NCBI GenBank assembly: GCA_963767925.1
Contig: CAVYGB010000010.1
Coordinates: forward strand, 1,472,001-1,536,000
DNA: 64,000 nucleotides
Direction: 5' to 3'
Origin: an uncultured delta proteobacterium
GTDB lineage: Bacteria; Myxococcota_A; Polyangia; Fen-1088
Shown here: in pieces, positions 11,186 to 19,862 of the stretch
Layout of the letters: each line of letters starts with the position of its first letter
Position numbering within the stretch: position 1 is the stretch's first letter
Position numbers and translations under genes: made by a program
The notes under the pieces: model-generated
What the model was told of the DNA's origin: nothing
What the model saw: the letters and a program-made list of their open reading frames with translations, nothing else
Databases searched by the model: none

Positions 11186-14100
11186 ATGGAATCGACGTTG
11201 CGGAGCGGGGCTCTTTCCGGTCGCTGGGGTCTTGTCGCCGCCCTCCTGAGCACGGGGGTGGGGCAGGCGCTGGCCGCGCCCGAGGATCTCATCGGGGAGA
11301 CCCAGGTCTACTCCAACGAGGCCGCCCTGGCGCCCGCGCCCGCCCTCGCGGTGAAGCTGATCCAGGTGGCCCCCGGGCTGAAGGTGCAGCTCTGGGCCAG
11401 CGAGCCGCTGCTCGCCAACCCGGTCGCCTTCACCTTCGACGAGCGCGGGCGCGCCTTCGTTGTCGAGACCTACCGCCACACCGACGGCGCCCTCGACAAC
11501 CGCTCGCGCCTCAAGTGGCTGAGCGAAAGCTGGAAGGCCGCCGCCACCCCCGCCCAGCAGGCCGCCGTCGAGGACGCCTTGCTCGACGCCGAGGTCGGCG
11601 CCCGCACGGTGGCCGATCGCGCCGCCATGATCCGCACGTACATGGACCCGGCCTTCATGACCGCCAGCGCCGACCGGCTGACGCTGGTCGAGGACCGCGA
11701 CGGCGACGGCCTGGCCGAGCACAGCGGGGTCTTCGCCGGCGGCTTCGGCAGCGCCATCGAGGGGCTGGCGGCGGGCGTGCTCGCCCGCGGCGGCGACGTC
11801 TTCTTCACCGACATCCCGAACCTGTGGCGCCTGCGCGACAGCAACGGCGACGGCAAGGCCGACCAGCGCCAGGTAATGAGCACCGGCTACGGCGTGCGCT
11901 ACGCCTTCATCGGGCACGACCTGCACGGCCTGCGCATCGGCCCCGACGGGCGGCTGTACTTCTCGGTGGGCGATCGGGGGGCCCACGTCGAGCGGCCGGG
12001 CGGCAGCGCGATCGCCGCGCCCGAAGCCGGCTCGGTGTTCCGCTGCGAGCTCGACGGCTCGGGCCTCGAGCTCTACGCCAGCGGCCTGCGCAACCCGCAG
12101 GAGCTTGTGTTCGACGCCCACGGCAACCTGTTCACCGGAGACAACAACTCCGACGGCGGCGACCGGGCCCGCTGGGTGCATGTGGTGGAGGGGGGCGACA
12201 GCGGCTGGCGGGTCGGCTACCAGTACCTCGAGGAGCCGCGGCGGCGCGGGCCCTGGAACGCGGAGAAGATGTGGCACGAGCGCTGGGAGGGACAGCCCGC
12301 CCACCTGCTCCCGCCGGTCAAGCTGGTGGGCGCCGGCCCGGCCGGCGTCGCCTATTACCCGGGCACCGGCCTGGGCAAGCGCTGGGAGGGCCACTTCTTC
12401 CTGGCCGACTTCCGCGGGGGCCAGGCCAGCCTCAGCGGGGTCCACACCTTCACCGCCCGGCCCGAGGGGGCCAGCTTCGTGCTCTCGGAGCCGCAGGCCT
12501 TCGTCTGGGGGGCGCTGATCACCGACTTCGACTTCGGCCCCGACGGCGCCGCCTACTTCAGCGACTGGGTGCAGGGCTGGCCCAAGCCGGGCAAGGGCCG
12601 GCTCTGGCGGGTGTTCGACCCGGCGCTGGCCGGCGAGCCAGACGCCGCCGGCACCCGCCGCCTCATCGCCGAGGGGATGGGCGCCCGCTCGCCCGGCGCG
12701 CTGGCCGCCTTGCTGGGCCACGTCGACCTGCGCGTCCGCCAGGAGGCGCAGCTCGCGCTCGCCGCGCGGGGGGCCCTCGAGCCGCTCGAGCAGACCGCCC
12801 GCCGCACCGATCAGGCGCTGCTGGCCCGCTTGCACGCGGTGTGGGGGCTGGGGCAGCTCCTGCGCGCGGGCGGGAGGCGCGGAGCGGCCGGAGCCCAGGC
12901 GGCGGCGGGACAGCGGGCCGGGCAGGCCCTCGTGACGCTGCTGGCGGATCGGGAGACCGAGGTGCGGGTGGCGGCCGCGACGGCCCTCGGCGACGGGCGC
13001 CTGGCCGCGGCGCAGGCCGCGCTGGGGGCGCGCCTGGCCGACGAGAGCCCGCGGGTGCGCTTCGCGGCGGCGATCGCGGCGGGCAAGCTGGGCCGGCCGG
13101 AGGTGGTGCCGGCGGTGCTGGAGCTGCTGCGGGCGAACGCGGATCGCGATCCCTACCTGCGGCACGCGGGGGTGATGGCGCTGCTCGGCGCGGCCGACGC
13201 CGCGGCGCTGGCGGCGGCCGCGCGCGACGCCTCGCCGGCGGTGCGCCTCGCCGTCGTGCTGGCCTGGCGGCGGCTCGGGCGGGCCGAGGTGGCGGGGCTG
13301 CTGGCCGATCCGGATGCGCGGGTGGCCCGCGAGGCGGCCCGGGCCATCAACGACGAGCGGATCGAAGCGGCCAGCGCCGCGCTGGCGGAGGTGCCCCTGC
13401 CCCGCCGGCCGGATCCCGCGGTGGCCTGGCGGGTGATCAACGCCAGCTTCCGGGAGGGCAGCGCCGCGGCGGCCGCCCGCCTGGCTGGTTTGAGCGTGCG
13501 CCCCGACCTCGAACCCGACCTCCGCCGCGACGCCGTCGCCGCCCTCGGCGGCTGGGCCCGCCCCGGCAACCGCGACCGCGTCACCGGCCTGTGGCGCCCC
13601 CTGCCCGGCGCCGCGCCGAAGGCCACCCTCCTCGCCGTCCCGGTGGCCCCACCCGGCGGCACTCCGGCCACCGCGCCCGCGCCCGCCGCTGCCGCCAGCG
13701 CCGCGGCACCTGGCACCTCCGTCGCTCATGGCACCACCGCCCCGGCAGCAGCCCCCACCTCCGCGGCGCCTGCCACCCCCGCCGCCGCTCGCTCCGAGGC
13801 GGCCGTCGAGCCCACCCCCACCGGCCCGGTGCGCGACGGCGCGCCGGCGGCGGCTGCCCTGGCGCCGCGGCTCGGGCGGCTGGTGGGTCGGAGCACGCCC
13901 CCCGAGGTCCGGCTGGCGGCTGTCGACGCGGTCGAGCGCCTGCAACTCGGCGCGGCGGCCGCCCGGCTGCGGCCCCTCGTCGTCGACCGCAAGAACCCGG
14001 CGCCGCTGCGCCTGCGGGCGCTGGAGGCGCTCGGCGCGCTGAAGGCCTCCGGCCTGGCCACCACCGCCCGGCGGGCCGCCAGCGACCCGGACCAGCAGGT

Positions 14101-14839
14101 GCGGCTCGGCGCCCTGCGCCTGTCGCTGAGCCTCGATCCGAAGGCCGCCCCGGCCCGCCTGCGCCTCGTGATGGCCCGCGGCTCGACCCTCGAGAAGCAG
14201 ACCGCCGCCGAGCTGGCTGGCCGCCTCGACCCCGCTGCCGCCGAACCGCTGCTCGCGGCCTGGATGGACCGCCTGCTGGCCGGCAAGCTCCCCCCCGAGG
14301 TGCACCTCGATCTGATCGAGGCCGCCCGCCGCCACGGCAGCCCCGCCCTCGGCAAGAAGGTCGCCAGCTACGAGGAGCGGCTGCCCGCGGACGACCTCGG
14401 GCCCTACCGCATCGCTCTGCAGGGCGGCTCCGTCGAGCGGGGCCGGCACGTCTTCTTCAACCGGGCCGACGCCTCGTGCATGCGCTGCCACACGCTGCGC
14501 GGCGCCGGCAGCGACATCGGCCCCGACCTCACCGCCGTCGCCCGCACGAACAGCCGCGAGGCCCTGCTCGAGTCGATCGTCTTTCCCAGCAAGGCCTTCC
14601 CGCCCGGCTTCGAGTCGGTGATCCTCACCCTGAAGGACGGGTCGATCCAGGGCGGCGTGGTGAAGAAGGAGACCCCCGAAACGGTCGACCTGCTCTCGAT
14701 AGAGGGCCCCGCCACGGTGAAGAAGGGCGACATCCGCACCCGCGAGCGCGGCGGCTCGGGCATGCCCGACGGCTTCGGCCAGATCCTGTCGCGCCGCGAT
14801 CTGCGCGACCTGGTGGCCTTCCTCGCCACGCTCCGCTGA
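11186..14839 (+). CDS. PVC-type heme-binding CxxCH protein (dehydrogenase-like beta-propeller, HEAT repeats, cytochrome c)
   Basis: Signal peptide; WASEPLLANPVAFTFDERGR, GHDLHGLRIGPDGRLYFSVGD, GLRNPQEL, DNNSDGGD; HEAT-PBS repeats; SCMRCH..GPDL..MP. Confidence 0.9.
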   Translation: MESTLRSGALSGRWGLVAALLSTGVGQALAAPEDLIGETQVYSNEAALAPAPALAVKLIQVAPGLKVQLWASEPLLANPVAFTFDERGRAFVVETYRHTDGALDNRSRLKWLSESWKAAATPAQQAAVEDALLDAEVGARTVADRAAMIRTYMDPAFMTASADRLTLVEDRDGDGLAEHSGVFAGGFGSAIEGLAAGVLARGGDVFFTDIPNLWRLRDSNGDGKADQRQVMSTGYGVRYAFIGHDLHGLRIGPDGRLYFSVGDRGAHVERPGGSAIAAPEAGSVFRCELDGSGLELYASGLRNPQELVFDAHGNLFTGDNNSDGGDRARWVHVVEGGDSGWRVGYQYLEEPRRRGPWNAEKMWHERWEGQPAHLLPPVKLVGAGPAGVAYYPGTGLGKRWEGHFFLADFRGGQASLSGVHTFTARPEGASFVLSEPQAFVWGALITDFDFGPDGAAYFSDWVQGWPKPGKGRLWRVFDPALAGEPDAAGTRRLIAEGMGARSPGALAALLGHVDLRVRQEAQLALAARGALEPLEQTARRTDQALLARLHAVWGLGQLLRAGGRRGAAGAQAAAGQRAGQALVTLLADRETEVRVAAATALGDGRLAAAQAALGARLADESPRVRFAAAIAAGKLGRPEVVPAVLELLRANADRDPYLRHAGVMALLGAADAAALAAAARDASPAVRLAVVLAWRRLGRAEVAGLLADPDARVAREAARAINDERIEAASAALAEVPLPRRPDPAVAWRVINASFREGSAAAAARLAGLSVRPDLEPDLRRDAVAALGGWARPGNRDRVTGLWRPLPGAAPKATLLAVPVAPPGGTPATAPAPAAAASAAAPGTSVAHGTTAPAAAPTSAAPATPAAARSEAAVEPTPTGPVRDGAPAAAALAPRLGRLVGRSTPPEVRLAAVDAVERLQLGAAAARLRPLVVDRKNPAPLRLRALEALGALKASGLATTARRAASDPDQQVRLGALRLSLSLDPKAAPARLRLVMARGSTLEKQTAAELAGRLDPAAAEPLLAAWMDRLLAGKLPPEVHLDLIEAARRHGSPALGKKVASYEERLPADDLGPYRIALQGGSVERGRHVFFNRADASCMRCHTLRGAGSDIGPDLTAVARTNSREALLESIVFPSKAFPPGFESVILTLKDGSIQGGVVKKETPETVDLLSIEGPATVKKGDIRTRERGGSGMPDGFGQILSRRDLRDLVAFLATLR

Positions 14840-14970
14840 GGGCCACCCTCCGCTGAGGGGCCACCCTCCGGCGAGGCCGGCGACGCTCCGCTGAGGGGCC
14901 ACCCTCCGGCGAGGCCGGCGACGCTCCGCTGAGGGGCCACCCTCCGGCGAGGCCGGCGACGCTCCGCTGA
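14828..14970. repeat. 38-bp tandem repeat, 3 copies plus partials
   Basis: CCGCTGAGGGGCCACCCTCCGGCGAGGCCGGCGACGCT at 14850, 14888 and 14926; partial copy at 14964. Confidence 0.95.
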
Positions 14971-15097
14971 CCGACGAGCAGTGGCCTCAGCGTGGCGATC
15001 CTGCGCCGGAATCGTCACGGACCGGCAGCGAGTTCGACCATAAAAACGATGTTCAATGACAATTCCTTAGGGATTGGTTCCGTGCTCTGCTGCCCCA

Positions 15098-17014
15098 ATG
15101 CGCGTCATCGGCGGATTCGATAGGTTGCGTTGGTCTGGTCTCCTCGCGCTCGGCGCCCTCGCGGTGGCGGCCTGTGGCGCCGACCCGCCCACCCAGCCCG
15201 GCGGCGCCCCCGCCGAGCCGCCGCCGCCGACTGGCAACCCCGGCCGCCCGCCGACCACTCCCCCGCCGCCAGGCACCGTCGATCCGGCGCCCGCGACGCC
15301 GATGGGCATGGCGCCCGGCATGGTCACGCCGCCCACCCCGGGCAACCCGCCGGTCATCACCCCGCCCGCCCCGCCGATGGGCATGCCGCCCGCCGGTGGC
15401 GACGCCGGCGCCGTCGATCCGACCCCGGTGCCGCCGACCCCGCCGCCCCCCTCCGCCGCCATCACCTTCGACCCGCCCGGGGGCAACTTCCTCGGCAATC
15501 AGGCGGTCAAGCTGGTCGCCGGCGTGCCCGACACGGTCATCCGCTTCACCACCGACGGCTCGTTGCCGAGCGCCACCTCCCCGGTCTACAGCGCCCCCAT
15601 CATGCTGGCCCAGACCAGCATCGTGCGCGCGGTCGGCGAGAGCCCCACCGCCGGCAAGGGTCCGGTGGCCGCCGCCATCTACGTGCGGGCGGCCGACGAC
15701 GTCGCCACCTTTGAATCCAACCTGCCGATCGTGATGTTGCACAGCCACCGATCGGGCACCCTCAGCACCTCCATCGGATCGACCCTGGTCTCCGGCTCGG
15801 TCAGCGTGTTCGAGCCGGCCCCCGGCGGCAAGGTCAAGCTGGTCGGCCCCGCGTCCTTCACCAAGCGGGCCGGCGTGCGCATCCGGGGCAACAGCTCGCG
15901 CTCCTTCGCCCAGAAGAGCTACGGCTTCGAGCTGCGACAGGAAGGCACCGACACCGACGACGACCGCGCGGTGCTCGGGCTGCCGTCCGACTCGGACTGG
16001 AACCTCATCGCCCCCAGCCGCCCGGACCGCAGCCTGGTCCGCACCGCCGTCGCCTTCACCCTCAGCAACGAGATCGGGCGCTACGCCCCCCGCGTGCGCC
16101 TGGTCGAGGTCTTCACCGTGGAGAGCGGGGTCACCGGGGTGGTCAACCGCGCCGCCTACAAGGGCATCTACACGCTGACCGAGAAGATCAAGGTCGGCAA
16201 GAACCGCATCCGCATCGCCTCCATCGACCTCGGCGCGCGCAACGAGCCCGACGTCACCGGCGGCTATGTCTTCAAGATCGACCACCCCTTCGGGACCTCC
16301 CACTTCCGGGTGAACAACGTCTGCCACTGCGTGTTCGACCAGGCCAACAACATGCCCTTCCAGTTCGTCGATCCGGACTGGGACCTGTTGCCCGGCGCCA
16401 GCCGGACCGCCTTCTCCGGCTACCTGCGCACGTACATGCAGGAGTTCATCGACGCGGTCCGCGCCCCGGACTTCAAGCACCCCGGCAACGGCAAGCCCTA
16501 CACCGACTACATCGACGTGCCGGCCTTCATCGACCACAGCCTGCTCAACGGCGTCTTCAAGAACGTCGATTCGCAGCGCCTCTCGGCCTACTTCTACAAG
16601 GAGCGGGGCGGGAAGGTGTCGGCGGGCCCGATCTGGGACGTGGACCTGTCGTCCGGCACCCGCTACGACGACCAGTTCGGGGCCGGCCAGCGCCCGGTCA
16701 ACCCCCGCGAATGGAAGAGCGGCGACGGCACCGACACCGTCCGCTACGCCTTCTGGGGCCGCCTCTACGCCGACCCGGTCTACCAGGCGGCCTACAAGGC
16801 GCGCTTCGCCGAGCTGGTGACGGGCCCCTTCTCGGTGGCCCACATCCACGAGCTGATCGACAAGTTCGCGGCAGAGGTGCGCGAGGCCCAGGCCCGCCAC
16901 TTCGCCAGGTGGACCGAATACCCCCCGAACGGCGGGGCCCACGCCAACGAGATCCGCATCCTCAAGGACTGGTTCGCCGCCCGCATCCCCTGGATGACCG
17001 GCGAGCTGGACTGA
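15098..17014 (+). CDS. CotH kinase family lipoprotein with an Fn3-associated/CHB_HEX_C-like domain
   Basis: Lipobox VAAC, Pro-rich linker, IRFTTDGSLPS..SPVYSAPI, IRGNSS..KSY..EL, YKGIYTLTEKIK, KNVDS, GPIWDVD. Confidence 0.88.
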   Translation: MRVIGGFDRLRWSGLLALGALAVAACGADPPTQPGGAPAEPPPPTGNPGRPPTTPPPPGTVDPAPATPMGMAPGMVTPPTPGNPPVITPPAPPMGMPPAGGDAGAVDPTPVPPTPPPPSAAITFDPPGGNFLGNQAVKLVAGVPDTVIRFTTDGSLPSATSPVYSAPIMLAQTSIVRAVGESPTAGKGPVAAAIYVRAADDVATFESNLPIVMLHSHRSGTLSTSIGSTLVSGSVSVFEPAPGGKVKLVGPASFTKRAGVRIRGNSSRSFAQKSYGFELRQEGTDTDDDRAVLGLPSDSDWNLIAPSRPDRSLVRTAVAFTLSNEIGRYAPRVRLVEVFTVESGVTGVVNRAAYKGIYTLTEKIKVGKNRIRIASIDLGARNEPDVTGGYVFKIDHPFGTSHFRVNNVCHCVFDQANNMPFQFVDPDWDLLPGASRTAFSGYLRTYMQEFIDAVRAPDFKHPGNGKPYTDYIDVPAFIDHSLLNGVFKNVDSQRLSAYFYKERGGKVSAGPIWDVDLSSGTRYDDQFGAGQRPVNPREWKSGDGTDTVRYAFWGRLYADPVYQAAYKARFAELVTGPFSVAHIHELIDKFAAEVREAQARHFARWTEYPPNGGAHANEIRILKDWFAARIPWMTGELD

Positions 17015-17085
17015 CGCCCGCCTCGCGGGTGCGCGCGCCCCGACGTCGCTGGACGGGGCGCGCGGGGCCCGGGTAAGACGCGGGG

Positions 17086-18009
17086 ATGTCGGCCACCCCG
17101 GACGAGATCCTCGCCCTGGTCTTCTTCGCCCGGGTGGTGGAGGCCAAGTCGTTCACCGGGGCCGCCGCCAAGCTCGGCGTCTCCAAGTCGGTGGTGAGCG
17201 CGCGGGTGGCGGCCCTGGAAACCCAGCTCAAGGTGCGGCTGCTGCACCGGACCACCCGCAAGCTCGCGCTGACCCCGGATGGGCTGGCCCTGTACGGCCG
17301 CTGCGCCCCGGTGCTGGTAGCCGCCGACGAGGCCGCCGCCGCTGCCGCCGGCACAGGGGATACCCCCCGGGGCCTGCTCCGGGTGGACGCGCCCTCGGTG
17401 TTCGCCCAGGACTACCTGGCGGCGCCGATCGCCAGCTACCTCGAGCGGTACCCCGACGTGCGCCTCGAGCTGACCATGAGCGACCGGCACATCGATCTCG
17501 TCGCGGAGGGGGTCGACGTGGCGGTGCGGATCGCGCCGGCGCTGAAGGGAGGCGGCCTTGTCGCGCGCAAGCTGGCCAGCGATCGCACCGTGATCTGCGC
17601 CGCGCCGGACTACTTGCAGCGCCGGGGCACCCCCACCCGCCCCGACGAGCTGCTGGCCCACGACTGCCTGATCTATTCGCTGCTGAAGGTCGCCGACGAG
17701 TGGCGGTTTCGCGGCGGGCGCAAGGACGGGCCCGCGCTCTCCGTCCCGGTGCGGGGCCGCTTCTCCACCGCCAGCGGCGCCGTCCTGCGGGAGGCCGCGC
17801 TCGCCGGCATGGGCCTGGCGGTACTCCCGACCTTCATGGTCGCCGGTCAGCTCGCGGCCGGACGGCTGCGGACCGTGCTCGACGCCGACTTCGCCGGGAC
17901 CCCGCTCGGCATCCACGCCGTCTACCCCGAAGGCCCGCGCCCGCCGAGCAAGGTGCGGGCCTTCGTGGATCTCCTGGTCGCCCACTTCCGCACGCCCCGC
18001 TGGGTGTAG
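17086..18009 (+). CDS. LysR-family regulator (CrgA/DmlR-like)
   Basis: FARVVEAKSFTGAAAKLG..VS..VAALE..L..RLLHRTTR; DLVAEGVDVAVR; KVRAFVD. Confidence 0.95.
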   Translation: MSATPDEILALVFFARVVEAKSFTGAAAKLGVSKSVVSARVAALETQLKVRLLHRTTRKLALTPDGLALYGRCAPVLVAADEAAAAAAGTGDTPRGLLRVDAPSVFAQDYLAAPIASYLERYPDVRLELTMSDRHIDLVAEGVDVAVRIAPALKGGGLVARKLASDRTVICAAPDYLQRRGTPTRPDELLAHDCLIYSLLKVADEWRFRGGRKDGPALSVPVRGRFSTASGAVLREAALAGMGLAVLPTFMVAGQLAAGRLRTVLDADFAGTPLGIHAVYPEGPRPPSKVRAFVDLLVAHFRTPRWV

Positions 18010-18029
18010 TGCCGGTCGGCGGCGGCCGT

Positions 18030-18581
18030 TCAGCGGCGGCAGGGCTGCCAGCGGCGGTCGAGGGACCAGGAGCCGCTGCCGGCGAGGACGACCACCAGGG
18101 CCAGGGCCGCAGCGAGCAGGTGAAACTCGAAGCCCTCCCCGCCGGCCGGCAAGGTGCCGAACCAGTTCATGAAGAAGCCGTTGGCAACGTGGGTGCTGGC
18201 CGCCACCGCCATCAGCCCGAAGATCCCGGCCGCCGCCACCCGCCCCCCCAGCCCCAGCACCAGGGCCAGCGGCGCCAGCAACTCGGTCACGATGGCCAGC
18301 GCCGCCAGGGGCCCGGGGATCCCCAGCGTGCCGGTCATCCAGCCGAAGGTGCCGGCAAAGCCATAGCCGCCGAACCACCCCAGCGCGTGCTGGGCCCCGT
18401 GGGGGAACATCACCACCCCCAGCGCCACCCGGGCCACCGCCGGCGCCGCGCCCGGCGAGGTGGCCAGCACCCGCCGGGCCAGACCGGAGAGGGTCGGGCG
18501 GTCGAGCGAGGCGGCCGCTGCGGAGCAATCGAGCGAAGCGACAGTAGAGGAGGGATTCGAGAGAGCTTGCGTGGTGGCCAT
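18030..18581 (-). CDS. DoxX family membrane protein
   Basis: RVALGVVMFPHGAQH..GWFGGYG, GFFMNWFG, EGFEFHLL, GSGSWSLD; GGAGA RBS. Confidence 0.92.
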   Translation of the reverse strand: MATTQALSNPSSTVASLDCSAAAASLDRPTLSGLARRVLATSPGAAPAVARVALGVVMFPHGAQHALGWFGGYGFAGTFGWMTGTLGIPGPLAALAIVTELLAPLALVLGLGGRVAAAGIFGLMAVAASTHVANGFFMNWFGTLPAGGEGFEFHLLAAALALVVVLAGSGSWSLDRRWQPCRR

Positions 18582-18701
18582 GTGGTTTCTCCATTCGAGG
18601 GTTCGAGGTCGGCGCCGCCGCGCGTCCCGCTGCCAGCGCCTCACCCCTCCAGTGGTACCGCCCGCCGCCCCCCACGATTAGCCCCCGCCCCCCGCCAGCA
18701 C

Positions 18702-18719
18702 TGTTCTGCAGGCCGAACA
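18702..18719. promoter_or_regulatory. Candidate LysR binding box upstream of doxX
   Basis: Inverted repeat TGTTC-N8-GAACA containing T-N11-A, about 120 bp upstream of doxX. Confidence 0.4.
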
Positions 18720-18886
18720 ATCGCGCCGGAGGGCCCCCCCCGCGACGGCGGGCCCTCCGCCCCTTCCGCCCGCGGGAGCGCCGTCCACCGCCAGGGAGGC
18801 CCCTCCCCCACCTCCGTCCAGTCCGCCTGTGCCCCCCCACCCCCGCCCGCAAAGTGACTTGCGGGAGCGAGGAGGATCGACGTTGC

Positions 18887-19720
18887 TCAGCCGGGGAGGT
18901 CGAGCCATGCGCGCAGGCGCTCGGCATGGGGTTCAGGGAGGTCGATCCCGGGGCGGGTGATCTCCGGGACGATTGCGGTCCCGTGGTAGTCGGAGCCCGC
19001 GGTGACCACGAGGTCGAGCTCGGCCGCCAGCTCGAGCCAGCCATCCCGTTCGCGCGAAGCATAGAGTCCGTAGAAGGCCTCGATCGCCTCCAGGCCCGCT
19101 TCACGCGCCCGGCGCACCAGCGCCCGGACGTGCTCGAGATGGCCCAGGCTGTGCGGATGGGCGAGCGCGACGCGCCCGCCCGCGCCGCGCGCGAGCTCGA
19201 CCGCGGTGAGCACGGGCAGGCGTGGCCCCGGGACATCGGCCGGGCCTCCGTCGTGCAGGAAGCGATCGAACGCCTCCCGCACCGAGGTGGCGACGCCGGC
19301 CTCGACCAGGGCAGCGGCCACGTGGGGGCGCCCGGCCGTGCCATGGGCCCGGGCCAGCACGGCGTGCGGATCGAGGCGGACGTTACCGCGGGCCAGCCGT
19401 GCGCAGATCTCGACGATGCGCTCGCGGCGTCGGCGCTGCAAGTCGGTCACCTCGGCGGCCAGCCGGCCGAGGCCAGGGCCCTCTTGCAGGCCATAGACGA
19501 GCAGATGAACCGAGCGATTCCCGTCGTCACACGAGAGCTCCGTCCCGCGTAGCACCGCCATGCTCGACGACACATCGAGGGTGTCTCCATGACCCTCCCA
19601 GGTGTCGTGGTCGGTGAGACAGAAGAGCTCCACCCCGAAGCTCCGAGCGCGCTCCGCAACCAGGCGCGGGGGATCGGCCCCATCGGACCGAAGAGAATGG
19701 CAGTGTAGCTCGACGCGCAT
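18887..19720 (-). CDS. PHP domain phosphatase (TrpH/YciV-like)
   Basis: LHCHSLRSDG, LTDHDT, GTELS, HLL, GRPHVA, LAHP, GSDYHG. Confidence 0.92.
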   Translation of the reverse strand: MRVELHCHSLRSDGADPPRLVAERARSFGVELFCLTDHDTWEGHGDTLDVSSSMAVLRGTELSCDDGNRSVHLLVYGLQEGPGLGRLAAEVTDLQRRRRERIVEICARLARGNVRLDPHAVLARAHGTAGRPHVAAALVEAGVATSVREAFDRFLHDGGPADVPGPRLPVLTAVELARGAGGRVALAHPHSLGHLEHVRALVRRAREAGLEAIEAFYGLYASRERDGWLELAAELDLVVTAGSDYHGTAIVPEITRPGIDLPEPHAERLRAWLDLPG

Positions 19721-19862
19721 CGGAGGAAGGATACTCTCGATGAGCCGGGATCGACCGCCGCCGCGGCAGCGCCGGAACCCTGCAGCTACAGCACCTACTC
19801 GGTCCATGTCCGAACTGTGATCGAGCGCCACCCTGGGACGTAGCGATGGAGTCCTGGTCGAG

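Noticed and set aside
14828..14970. Possible CRISPR array
   Set aside because: Units are contiguous and identical, with no unique spacers and no cas genes.
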